Positions 1 to 12,088 of a stretch of 64,000 nt of DNA are shown here, piece after piece. This DNA is from Spizellomyces punctatus DAOM BR117 (lineage: Eukaryota), in the NCBI GenBank assembly GCA_000182565.2, contig KQ257465.1; one strand, given 5' to 3'. Both the position numbers and the translations under genes were made by a program. The notes below the pieces were generated by a model. The model saw only the letters and a program-made list of their open reading frames with translations, was not told where the DNA came from and ran no database searches. Each line of letters starts with the position of its first letter. The stretch's first letter is position 1.

Positions 1-80
1 AACCCTAACCCTGACCCTGACCCTGACCCTAACCCTAACCCTGACCCTGACCCTAACCCTAACCCTGACCCTAACCCTAA
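1..80. repeat. Telomeric repeat array with mixed TTAGGG/TCAGGG units (C-rich strand shown)
   Basis: 13 consecutive hexamers from base 1 (7 AACCCT and 6 GACCCT) plus AA, with the C-rich strand at the 5' end as expected for a left chromosome end. Confidence 0.93.
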
Positions 81-456
81 GTATTTGGGACCATCTGGTA
101 CCTAGGATTCGACAAAAAGTCACAACGAAAGCAGCGCTGCACACGAGCAAACACTGCAAGATACCATACACAACAGTCAACATCTCACATGTCGAATAGC
201 GGGACATCTCACTTTTCTAGTTACCAACACAAATGAAGACGCTGGGGGCACCACAAATCCCACAAGTGCCGGTTGCACGAATATTTCAGTCTGCAATACG
301 GTACGTTCTATCTACAGTTGTGGCATCTGGGCCCGTATACAGGCATTCTACACTAAAGAGCACTGTGCAATGTATGTCTAAGTCTAAAGGATCTCATTGG
401 CCTCTACCTAAGCTGACCGCCCGATCGTGATCGTGATGGATTTGCGATTGGGTGTG

Positions 457-1632
457 CTAGTCCGTGCTTGTGATCAAAATGGTCTGTGAATCCGTCAGCG
501 CCGTATCAATGGGCTGGTAGATTGAGTTCGCACAGCCTTCTGTTGGGCCGCCGCTAACTATTCCTTGCGCGATCGCATGAGTCGTCGGGCGATTTGGGTC
601 TGGCTGAAAGAGCGGTCCCCCACTGTCGCCAGGGCGGGTACACACATCAGCAAGTGTCATGCCCTTTACCTGAACTCCTGCCGATTGGTAATTGGCAGTT
701 GCATCGTAAGCCTTGACCGGTCCACATGTGTACTTTGTCGTCGTCCCGCTCTTGCAAACCGTTGCGCCAATAGGAGCTCTTCCGTAACCAGATATCTTCA
801 GAGTCTTCCCGTTGTGGAGGGTGATCTGCGTCGTAGGTCTAGGCGCAGCGATGTCGTCAACGTGAATGATACCCCAATCCATGGGCCCGAAATTGTTTTT
901 TGTATTTCCGCCGATGAGCAAGGCGTTCCGAAACCAATTGTGACCACCACTTTTCAGGCAATGACCAGCCGACATCAGGAGATCCGCCCCCGATCCGTCC
1001 TTGACCCACCACCCCATAGAGCAGCTCATAAAGTTTGCTGAGGTGAGCTCTTCGCCGTCTAAGATTCCAAATCGCGGCTTTATCTCTGGACTACCGTGGA
1101 TTAGGTTGATGCCAGGGCCCAAACCGGACACTTCATTGATGAATACATCGGTATTTGTGTTGTTGCGCTTGATGTCCCATATACTGACCGCAATATTGTT
1201 GGCTGGGACGTCTACGTACCAGGTGACCCCAGTAGGTTGGTGTTTCTGAGCAGCTGCGTCGACCTGGCTTTTGAGGTCCTCCAGGTCTGATGTAGACCTG
1301 GCGACAAAGCGATGCTCGATATCTGGATCCGTTGACAAATCACGTCGATGTCGGTGCTCCGACTTGATTGCGACGATCAATTTTCCATTTCGCCGATCGA
1401 TCCAATGACCTCCATCTACAGTGGAGTTACTTTGCGAGCTCAGGAGAGTGGCTTTTGTAGAAAGATATTGTTCGCGCTTGAACAGAAAGCCAGCGTGATG
1501 GTGGTCGACTTGTTCTGCTTCGGCTATCGATGCGATAATTTCAGCGTGGACGGGATGTGGGTTTGGAGCTGCGATTGCCGAGCAAATCAACAGAGCCGAT
1601 GTCAGCGTTAAGAAGGCATTGGCAGCGTTCAT
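457..1632 (-). CDS. Secreted S1 serine protease, bacterial alpha-lytic protease/streptogrisin type with prodomain
   Basis: Intronless 391-aa ORF with a signal peptide (MNAANAFLTLTSALLICSAIA), prodomain-like TWYVDVPANNIAV, and catalytic motifs SAGHC, DWGII and VCTRPGDSGGPLF. It also has the streptogrisin-like segments CSMGW, IGATVCKSGTTTKYTCG and AQGIVSGG. Confidence 0.9.
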   Translation of the reverse strand: MNAANAFLTLTSALLICSAIAAPNPHPVHAEIIASIAEAEQVDHHHAGFLFKREQYLSTKATLLSSQSNSTVDGGHWIDRRNGKLIVAIKSEHRHRRDLSTDPDIEHRFVARSTSDLEDLKSQVDAAAQKHQPTGVTWYVDVPANNIAVSIWDIKRNNTNTDVFINEVSGLGPGINLIHGSPEIKPRFGILDGEELTSANFMSCSMGWWVKDGSGADLLMSAGHCLKSGGHNWFRNALLIGGNTKNNFGPMDWGIIHVDDIAAPRPTTQITLHNGKTLKISGYGRAPIGATVCKSGTTTKYTCGPVKAYDATANYQSAGVQVKGMTLADVCTRPGDSGGPLFQPDPNRPTTHAIAQGIVSGGPTEGCANSIYQPIDTALTDSQTILITSTD

Positions 1633-4010
1633 TTTTTTCTGGTTAACTTGGAGATCTGGAAGTCTACTCGACTCACTCCGACCTATTTATCGTCCGGCAA
1701 TTCGCACTGCAGTTCGGGCGGTAAATGGCGACCCCCGCCAAGTTCTTTGGCCGTCCCGCATCTCACTGGAGTAGTTGTATTGTGCTGAAACAAGTTCAAC
1801 GCAAGCTTCGACACTCAAAATTTGCTTGCTGTTCGTGTCGGTGAAAGTGCAGCCCTCCGTTGGCTTCGTGTGAGACTTCAAAACTAGCCTGAAGACCTAT
1901 TTTAACCAATGCCCACATACGTAAGTACCAAAGGTTTAGGATATAGATACTAAGAATGTTCAAAATCAAAGCTGAAAGTGGTGTGGCATTGTGGTGTCAG
2001 TCGTTCGCCAGCTCCGATCGGCCTTGTCCCGATCCAGTGGCTCCATCGCAAGAAACCCGTCGAAATACTCAAGTCTCAAAAGACAGTCATGCGCTTTTTG
2101 AAGAATGAGATTGCAGCTGGTACATGAACGCATTCCGTTGATTTAGTGACTTGATTTGATGAATAGGTCAGTACTGCAAAAACACAACTGATTGTTTTTA
2201 GCTAATCATACTGAACTAATACATTGGAAACCCTCCAATATGAATATTTACGCAGAAACGCACAGACATTCTTGAATCGCAACATATTACCCCTGATCGG
2301 TTGCACTTGCATGACTTGCAGTCTTTGATGGCCCCTCACATACGAGATGCCGATACACTCAAGCAACGTTTTGAAAATTGTGTTTTCACCATACGATGCG
2401 AATTGATGCAACCAACCCTCTGATACAAAAACGACATGTCCTTGCGTTACAAAAGAAAGAGAAGGAGGGGCAATCATCGAGCATCAGCGAAACCCACCGT
2501 GGCATTGGTTAAAAAGAATGGTTTAAAAGCATGATGAGAGGTCGAGGGTGCCACCCATCAGATAGTCTGCCGACCTGCTTAACCCTAAGTCTGGTGAGCT
2601 TGCAAACCGGGACAATATCGCTTGCTATAATTGGTACGACATGTTTCGTTGGCCCTCAACCCAGGGTCTATGAAATAACGATATTTTCCAAAGCTTACTG
2701 ACGATTTCTGAGGGTTGGGTCTTTACGAGCAACGCAGAAATAGTTATGTCTTGTAAACGGACCTTGGTTATAATTAGCTTATATCTCTTCACAAACCTAA
2801 ACATTTATTATGAATGCTCATTGAAATTATTTGCCTGAAACGTGTAAGTAGGTGCTAATTATCTAAAATCCACTCAAATGTCCAGAATATACAATTTGAT
2901 TCCCTGTCAAGGGTTGGTCGGATATCTACAAACTGAGAGCGAGCATATGCTTCGTTCGCTATCTGCGCACCTTTGAATGGCCGCCTGCTGTGGGTGATTT
3001 CATTTTTGGCACCGCTAATTCACATTTTAGATGGTGATCACTCCGTCGCTCCTGTTCGATGGAATCTGGAACCAATGACAAAGAGTTTGAGACTGTCTTT
3101 CAGTTCGTCTCGCTGAGAAGCAGGCGCCACTTGTTCGTACCCACTGGGGGTTAAGTCAGGTTTGGTTCCCCTCTACACAATGTTGCACATGTTGAGCTGT
3201 CTTAGTGTCACGACATCAGAACAAGGCCATCTCCTGTAAATATGGTGCATTCGCTGCACGACAAACTGCCGATACTGCAGACTGCATTATTCGTCCTACT
3301 TGCCAGGTCCATAGTCTAGTGCACCAGAATAATGGGAAGTAATTAAGCGGTGTACACACCACCGGCCTCCTCTTTACTGTACGAAGCTCAGGATCCTTCA
3401 AAATACAACGGGCGTGAACGGGCCAAGTATATTTATGGCGCATGGAAATACGCTATATGGGCACCAAGTTTACACCTTTGTGTTCATCAATCAAGCGAGT
3501 ATACTTCTACATCGTCTACAAAGAGAAGGAAATGGCTTTAAAGTTTAATGTCTCTTCCGTAGTCCTTGCGTGCACTGTACTGGGATGTGTCTATCGCAGA
3601 ACTGACGCCAAGAGGTTACAGGTACCAGAGTCGAATACGCAAATGACGGTAGCCGCGACGTTGGGCCTTGGTATGACTGCTGCACTAAATATTGCCCTTG
3701 ATCGCGTGGCTTCCACAACAAAAGCCCTAATGCAGGCGTGCTGATTCTGTCTCTATCGTTTGTGTTCTACACTGAAAATGTAACAGATTGAAGCGTCAAG
3801 CCATCACAAAAAGAAGGTCAGTTATCTTAGAATAGATGCATAAAAATCTATAAATCCCCAACTATGTGCGCTCCAGTTCTTTCAAGAGAGATCCATCACC
3901 ACATGAATGTTCTCATCGATGCCATTGACATCAGATACCTGCACACCACTATATGAGTCTGAGGGGCTTAAGGGGTCGGGCACGGTTATCTTCTTGATAT
4001 GACACCCTGC

Positions 4011-4491
4011 GTTCGATTTGCATCCAATTCCTCTCTGTCACTGTCATTAAAGTGAGTGAGGCCTCAATGGTTAATGGTTGAAGGTTTTCGGGTCACGTAT
4101 GGTGAAGAACTCTACAATGTCAGCGGCTTTTTAAAGCGGAGGGTCGTCATATCATCATGCGGACGTGGATGGGCTTTCAAAGCCTCCTAATTCAGCCCCT
4201 GCTACTGCCCTTCCACGGACCCCGTCAACAAAATCGGACACTGCCATCCTGCTGTTCGATTGCATCCAATTCCTCCCTGTCACTGTCTTTAAAGTGAGTG
4301 AGGCCTCAATGGTTAATGGTTGAAGCTTTTCAAGTCACGTATGGTGAAGAACTCTACAATGTGAGCGAGCGGCCCTTTAAAGCGGAGGGTCGTCATATCA
4401 TCATGCGGACGTGGATGGGCTTCCAAAGCCTCCTAATTCAGCCCCTGCTACTGCCCTTCCACGGACCCCGTCAACAAAATTGGACACTGCC
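4011..4491. repeat. Tandem direct duplication of about 240 bp (2 copies)
   Basis: Copy 1 at about 4011-4245 and copy 2 at about 4254-4491 both run gttcgat(t)tgcatccaattcc...ggacactgcc, with scattered substitutions and small indels. Confidence 0.93.
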
Positions 4492-4693
4492 TTTAGCTTT
4501 GTGCAGCTGTCAGGTCCCGTCAGCTACTGCATGGCGGAGGTCCCGGTAGAGGTAGTCATCGTTCTTTTTTGGACATGTCATTGTTAAAATTGGACGCTCC
4601 ATCCATAAGTATGAAGAGGCCGTCCCATTTCCTGATCTTCTCATCGTGGACTTCAAGAGAAACAAAGCATCAGCGTCGACCGCCTTCCTGACA

Positions 4694-5568
4694 ATGCCAC
4701 TTGAAATCATCGGCGCTGGTTTTGGACGTACGGGAACAAAGTGCGTTTGATTCCGTTGCTTGTTACTGCCTTCAAGGATCAACTGCGAGAAGGAGATGCT
4801 CATGTTTCAGCACTGATTTCTAGGTCCCTTCAACTTGCTTTGCAGCAACTCGGCTTTCCGTGCTATCATATGACCGAGGCAATCCAACATCCAACGGATT
4901 TTGCGGTGTGGACAGATGCTCACGATGGAAAACAAGTCGACTTGACCCAAATCTTCAACAAATATACGGCCACGCTGGACTGGCCGGCATGCGATTTCTG
5001 GAAGGAGCTCATGGAGGTCTATCCAAATGCCAAAGTCATTCTCTCGGTGAGAGATGCGGACACGTGGTACGAAAGCGTAAGGGAGACCGTATATAAATTG
5101 AATATGCTCCCGAGAAGCATAATTCAGAATTACCCAGACATAGTCAACGTATGTCGGTCGTGCTTAGAAATGGTGTCAAACGATCCTAAAGCATGTTTCT
5201 GATTTGCACAGGTCAACGAATATTGCCAACACAGCATTTGGGGTTTGGGAGGAAACTTCAAAGGCCAGTTCGAGAACCCGGCAATCGCCAAGAAAATCTT
5301 CCGTGATCGCCTCGAGGAGGTCAAGCGTAGCGTGCCCTCGGAAAAGCTCCTCGTCTTCGAGGTGTCGCAAGGTTGGGAACCCTTGTGCAAGTTTTTGGAA
5401 CGCCCAGTACCCAATGAACCCTTTCCTCGAACCAACGAGCGGGCTCTCTTCCAGAGCATGATCCAGGATATCATGACTGGCAGACCGATTGACAAACGGC
5501 CGAATTTTCCAGATCTTCGGCAGAACATTGGCGAGGCTGGGAAGGTGGATGGTGTATCAGAGAATTGA
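4694..5568 (+). CDS. P-loop sulfotransferase-like protein (Sulfotransfer_4 family), 3 exons
   Basis: Spliced translation gives MPLEIIGAGFGRTGTK|SLQLALQQLGFPCYHM...ATLDWPA...YPNAKVILSVRD...WYES...LLVFEVSQGWEPLCKFLERPVPNEPFPRTN. Introns are 4741-4823 and 5149-5211 (GT-AG). Confidence 0.9.
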
Positions 5569-7191
5569 GTGGGTTAATCAGAATGACCCCACTGCTAGCA
5601 TATTCAATTGGCAGCTCTTTGTCGTATATCACAATTGTATATTTCCTAGTCGAGAAGATATTTTCTCGTCTCCAAATTGCGATTCATACAACTTAATGAT
5701 TAGGGTCCAGTTATTACTTTCCCGCCAATGCCAGTGTTGTTGCAAGACCAGCGACAACGACGCATAGTTCTTCCCAAAGCTGCGTAACAAACTACGACCG
5801 AGACTTTCAGAGAAATTCAAAACTTGGATTCAGGCATTCTCTCTTCCTCCCGCTAATCTCTTGGATGGCAGCAATCCGCCGGCCACCTACACTATGTTCG
5901 TTTGTTGGCTAGGATAAGGCGATCTTCATCTGATGGACAAGCTCGTGGAGGCATACGTGCCTAAACTAGCATTTGCCATCCTGCCGTGCTTCCAAATCAT
6001 TGAAGGGTACAGTGTCTGGACACCTCTCTTCGGGCGTGCTGCACAACCCATATGTTATGTCGGTACCTAATAGTTTCGGGATGCAAGAGTTAGGAATCCT
6101 TGATGTTGACTGGCCACGGCGGAACTGATTGCCATCTCTCTAACGTTTAGCACTGGACACCCCATTTTGCTGCCTGTTCGATCCCATATATATATATGCC
6201 TGTACGTTGGTTACCATCATGTCACTGGTGATTGCTTAAGGTTACGCATCGGGGACAAACCCAGCCTGTGATTGATAGATGAACCGGCATCTACTGAAAA
6301 CTGCGGACGTGTTCGAATCCGCTCGTTCGTCATCTGCCATGTCATCTGGTGGTAAACTATAGGCCGCATATGTTAATGTTGCATTCTGTATATTGGAGAA
6401 GCTAAGGACAGAGGGATGCCTTTCAATCATCAGGAGCGTTGCCGACAATGGGGAAGATTCGAATCGACCTGTGCTCATTGTCCGATGATTCTTCTTCGCC
6501 ATACATCAGCAAAAACGTTTACCATCAGAATCTGACTGCTCTGGGGTTTTCTCGTAGATTACCCTATGTGAACTTCAAATGGGCAAGAGAGACCCAAATT
6601 GTCGGAAAATGTATGCCTTATAACGGCGACGGGACAGGATAGGTCAGGGGTAAGTCCAGTATTTACATACGTAGAGGTCGAAACCACAGCTTATCTGAGT
6701 AATAGATATCAAATTTCTAGTTCATCTGGGCATGAATTACCGGTATCGCCAGATCCCATCAACCTGCGATCAAGCAATGACTGTTGCCTTGATGGTTGAA
6801 ACGTCAGCAAAAATGAATGGTTCAGCTACTGGAAAGGGTTGAAACAACCAAAGATAATTCATGTCCTCCACTTCCTATACAATCCTCCCACAGTACGCAC
6901 TGAAGGGAGCTTACAATAACAGACTCGGAAATACTCAGTCCTATTGGCGCCAATTGCCATGCCAGTTGCTCACGAGTCCTTGATTCGGATCAATGATGCG
7001 AACGGGGACATTGAAGATAAAACTATCAGGCTATGTGTCTCGAATTTCTAGCTCAAATGACATAGTTTACAGAGAGAGCCGGGGGGTTCCATGGACCACC
7101 ATTGGTATGCTTTACAATAGAGACGACAAGTCAGTGCCCACAAATGTGATATGACAATAAATTATTTAATACTCGAGGCTTCTTGCCAGAG

Positions 7192-7257
7192 TCAAGTTGT
7201 CAGATAATGATGAGTCTCGAATGATTCAAGTTGTCAGATGATGATGAGTCTCGAATG
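7192..7257. repeat. Short tandem duplication (2 copies, period 34 bp)
   Basis: tcaagttgtcagat(a/g)atgatgagtctcgaatg occurs at 7192 and 7226. Confidence 0.85.
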
Positions 7258-8156
7258 CAACCGAAGCTTTATCAGCCAAGATATTCTGGAGTGTGTGAGG
7301 GATGGGCGACATGCATAGAGGAAGGGAGGGGATTGATCATATCCTCCCAATAGTACCTTCCAAAGGTAAAAGGTAAAATTGCGAAGATGATTCAATCTCC
7401 TGTTGGAATATGTATCTTATTCACTGCAATCCTACACTCCATTATTTGGCATGTCCTCAGGATGTAGGAAAGACTAGTATACAAGGTCCCTACTATCCCG
7501 CCTGTGGGACCACTCGTACATATCGTCGCTCTGGGTTGCAATGAACCAGGTCAGGATCCGCTGGATGAGATAGTTTACAGGGGACACTTTAGACGTTTCA
7601 AAGACAGTTCGGTAATGTTAAATGCCCTGTGGCGTTCCAGCAACTTGAGTTGACTACGCTCATGTGCCATTGTCATGAAGATAAACAATAAAATGGGTCC
7701 ACCTGCATCCATTTGATGAGTGGAACATGCACTTGTTTTTCTAGATAAACCCCTGTCTTGTTTGCTCTTTTCCCCTCTTGTCCTCCATCCTTGACTCTCA
7801 ACAAGAACCAAATCATCAGCATTGCCAATCTCGCGCCGAGGCCCTCGTCCTCTCGATAATGACAGCATTGCCAAGCAACTAATACGTTGCTATGATCGCA
7901 GATATGTCTTTGTAGATATTTCCCATGCTTATTGTCCAGACTAATTCTGCTTTACAAGTATCTGAACATCCTCTGACCAAACAGCTTCGGAAAGGCCCAG
8001 TGAGATTTTTGTTGTATGATCGTGGACTAATCACCCGGTTGACCAACCGCGACGTATTGCGATGCAGTAGCTATCTGGGCTGCTTGTCGCCAGACCCAAG
8101 TGGTTCTGGTGTATTTTGACATTTGTTATTGGCAAAATACTATCGGTATTATTAAA

Positions 8157-11100
8157 TTAGTGTTTCAAATAATCTGGCAGCCTAATTTGATGCTCGTATG
8201 CGTCCGCCTGCAGCCTGTGATCCCTCAGTAAATGTTCGATTGCCGAGTAAACTGCAGCATCCGCTCCTATCGTAGACTTGGGGGAGCTAACATGGTGGTT
8301 CAGGTGAGCGGCGAGGATGCTTGACGCGGTTGTGTTTTCCAATTTCCTTTTGGCCGCCTTTTTTGTCTCCTCGTTAACGACCCATTTTCTGTTACAGTTT
8401 GCTAACAAGGCCATCGCAAGCGCACTGACGTTTTGTATCGAATCAACCACAGTGGCAGCAGTAGTCTCCACCGAAGAGAAAGCCGCTTTCACTTCTTGCA
8501 CATCATCCGCTGAGACGATGGGTACACCCAAGGCAAGAGCAACAAGTGCGTTGTCGATTGAAGATGAGAAGGAGAGTACAGTACTGGAAACTGCGATTAA
8601 TAGCCGGTATCTCTCATCGGAGATGTATGGTTCTTCGTGAAAGGCACTTGCAACATCGTCCCTACTTCGGATTGCATCTCTAACGGCTTCTTGGAGGTCG
8701 CTTCCGTGAAGCGGAACCATCAGAAGTTTCCGTCGTCCTAACAGACTTGCAAGTGCAGATGCCACTTCAACGACCACAGGAGCATTCGTAGAACTAGAGG
8801 TGTATGCGACTACGCACGCCCCTGCGACGCTAATTGATGCGCTCTGGAAAGTCCGCATCCTAGCTCTAGTAATATCTCGAGGGGGCTTCAAGTACCCAGT
8901 GTCAATGCCACGGTCCAGAATATATACAGATTCCGGATTACGTCCGCGCTTGACAATGAAGTCACGTACATGTGCGTTTGCTACAAACGTGCGGTAAATA
9001 TACTTTCCGCTAGCAGCAGACATGGCAGCGAAACCCCTCGATAGAGGTCCAGCATCGATGGAATGAATGTAATCATACACCATCGTGTTGTCAGGTAAGT
9101 GCTCGACCAGGGAGGGAAGTGCTTCATATCCAAAAACAGATTCCGTCAGTACAAAAGCTTTAATCCCTCGACTCTCTGCCAAATAGGTCAGGAACCGCGG
9201 AAAATCTGCAGTCCTTAGAAACAGGGGAAGACTAAATACATCATGAGTATACATGTAGTACTCAGGACGGATCTCTTCGGAATCGTGCAAGACGGCAGCT
9301 ACGGTTACACGCCAACCGAGACGAGCTAGGTCGCCGACCATTTGGAGTGTTCTTCGCCCAGAAACATTTCCGCCAAAGCTGTCAATAAGGACCAACGCAC
9401 TGTTTTCCGACATCGATGCAATCCAATTATCAAAGGGGCGTCCCCATCTGACAGTCTCGGAAGGTTGAGATGGGGGAATATCGTGTGCCGGCCATGTTTC
9501 CGAAGTTAAGGACGGATACTTTGAGCGAATGTAGGCAAACGTCTTGTCCCAATTGCTCAAAAGATTTGTCCACGTATGACCACTCCCTACTCGGTACCAG
9601 TACGAAAGTTCCGGAATGGTGGCTCCCCAGTTGCCGTTTGCAGCAAGGCACAGCCAGTAGTCATAGTCATCCCCACCACTATTGAGCGCGGGATCATAGC
9701 TGCAATTGACCGATGCAGAACGACGATACAGCGACCCTGAAAAGAGTCGGTTTCCTGATAGTTGGCGGGACCCCGTATGGGGACCGCTGAGAGTGGTGTC
9801 CTGGTAACTACCGAATGACACCATATACCAGCACACGATTGCCAAGTGCGGATTGGTTTCCAATAACCACACGGCTTGTTCGAGAGATACCAGCTCACGC
9901 AGATCATCGTCATCGAGGCAAACTTCATATTTGGCGTTCGACTAAAAACAAGCGGTATTGACTATTAGCATCAGCACATATCTCCGGCAATGAGCGCAAC
10001 ACACGTACATGCTGTCGTGCCACGTTTCTTGCGTTGGAGATACCCGGATTCCCTGTGTTATTAACCAGCACGATCCGCGGATCTGAGGCCGCTACTCGTG
10101 TGAGCATAGCCATCGCTTCCGGTATATCTGTATGGTCATTTACGATAATCCAACGAAAGGACTGAAGACTTTGTTGGAGCACAAAGGCAGCTGTATCACT
10201 CTCAAAAATCGGTTTAGGATTCTTGGTAACGGTAAGAATAGAAAGGATAGGCGTCGAGCCTGCCAAAGACCCTGACGATAAGAACTGATTGCGCGGTCTG
10301 GCAGGGTGTAGTGGAGTACGCTCGTAAAAGGTTGGCTCTGTCAATCGCCGTGGGCGAGCATTGGGGGACACTTTAAATGTAACAGCTTTTTCCTCGTCAG
10401 GGAGATTGTTCTGAGTCTTGATACTAGCGTCATATAGTGAACGGCATTCCCATCCTGTTTTCTGTCCGTCGAATTTGCAGCCAGGGCCTTCAAGCTTGCT
10501 TCTTTTGATCACTGAGCTCAGTAGAAAGCACCAAGCTATGACCTGCCAACAACAGGCAGCACGGGTCCCCCATTTCGATTTCCTGGCAACTGCACACGTT
10601 GATAACTGTCCCTTGTATGCATCTACTTGGCTATAGCCCTTCCCAGTACCAACAATCTCAATTGGTTCTTCCTTAGTCTGGCAGTAAATACCTCCAACAG
10701 CTCCAGCCATGACCAAAAAAATGCCGATCGTCACCGGGGATTGAGTACTGATATGGAAGTATGTCGGCCACCCATCTTGTTCCATAGTAGACGCTGAAAG
10801 GAGAACGATAACGGCCGTTCCAGTTCTAACAACTTGAAGGATTGTTCCTGAGACGATATGATCCAGAACACGCGCGTAGTAATTTCCGGCGACGGCGAGA
10901 ACAGATGTAAGGACAATGAGTGATGGGATTGACCAATTCGTATTTGCATGCTCTGTTTGCGCAAAATGCTCTCTCGTGTACCCGACTATCAACATCGTGC
11001 CAATCGTGAGTAAGAACGCAAGGTGTCCGTACGAAGTACCGAAATCATCATTTCGGTGGGCCTTGGGTATGCGGGCCCCAGACACACTGCGGAAGAATAT

Positions 11101-11659
11101 CGCAGCAACCACTACTAGCGACATGGTAACGTTCATTCCGGCGATTGTCTCCGCAGACGCTAAGGCAGCGCCGAAAAGCAGGATACCACGAAAGACCCAG
11201 ATAGACAGAATGTGGGGAGATCTCGAGCGCAATGTAGCGATACATGGGTCAATTAACATCCATAGAGTTTGGAAGACGCCAATCGGAAGAAGTGCGATGC
11301 TCCTGTAACACAATAAACGAGACTGAATTGGTAAAATGCTCGACAGATCAATATTTTTGGGGTACCCAAGGCAAAACACTAACACTAACGTACCAATATT
11401 CAAGCGTGAGTGCGACAGAATTAATCAAAGACACCGCCCAAATAGACTGATCATTTTTATCCAAAGGATAATAAATGCCCAGCTTTTTGGCGATGCGTCT
11501 AGATATATGACATGATGATTGATGGATAAGGGACAGGAACAACGCGAATTCGAGATAGGAATCTGGAGGTGCTGTTGTGAAGAAGAGCTTGTTCGCAAGC
11601 AGTCCGGTAACGCTCGTAGCAATCGAGGCAATGATGGCCAGACTTCCTCGCATTGTCAT
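8157..11659 (-). CDS. Fusion protein of about 1114 aa: N-terminal nucleotide-sugar/TPT-transporter-like multi-TM domain, GT2 domain and degenerate GT4-like domain
   Basis: Exons 11659-11394, 11302-10009 and 9941-8157 (both donors GTACGT) join in frame. The N-terminus has many hydrophobic helices with SVTGLLANKLFF and SIALLPIGVFQTL. GT2 motifs are ILSILTVTKN, LQQSLQSFRWIIVNDH, GISNARN, CLDDDD, GDDYDYWL and YWYR. The C-terminus is GT-B-like (LARLGWRVTV, RGIDTGY, ALALGVPIVS). Confidence 0.78.
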
Positions 11660-12088
11660 AGGCGCATTGCACGTTTGGGCGAACGATCCTTTGATGGTCA
11701 GAGGAAACGGTGCAGCACGACGCGTCTGGTGGTAGGGCTAACGTAAACCGCGACGCGATCGTTGGGCACTCGTTGATGTTCACGTTATGTTGCACCCGCA
11801 GATACGTCGCTCCGACGATTGAAGTAGCAAGAGAAGAATGCGCATATGAATTGTCTATGGGCCTGCGATATGAGTCCTATTCAAGTTTCGTCTGTGCAGT
11901 AATTCACATATGCAGAATGTGTCAGGAAGCTAAGAGATGGCTTGCTAATGATCACCAATCATGCGCGTATCGTAAGCGCGCTTCCTTTTAGCAGCCCGTT
12001 ACACCTTCTCCCGGTTGGTAGCTAGAAAGCACACACACTGCGTATACTCTCGAGCAATAGCACTTTGAAAACGCTCCCCGTCGGGCTC

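Noticed and set aside
565-1611. Plus-strand ORFs overlapping the protease, and similar short ORFs opposite other genes
   Set aside because: These are antisense shadows of well-supported genes and show no motifs.
2580-2589. Isolated AACCCTAA motifs (also at about 46481)
   Set aside because: Single 8-9-mers are expected by chance in 64 kb.
3210-3770. Possible remnant of a small secreted Cys-containing protein (MALKFNVSSVVLACTVLGC...; WYDCCTKYCP in another frame)
   Set aside because: It requires a frameshift and has no recognisable family, so it cannot be distinguished from chance.
5600-8100. ORF-poor spacer as a decayed transposon or pseudogene
   Set aside because: I found no RT, integrase or transposase motifs, LTRs or TIRs, only a 34-bp duplication and a short (AT)n.
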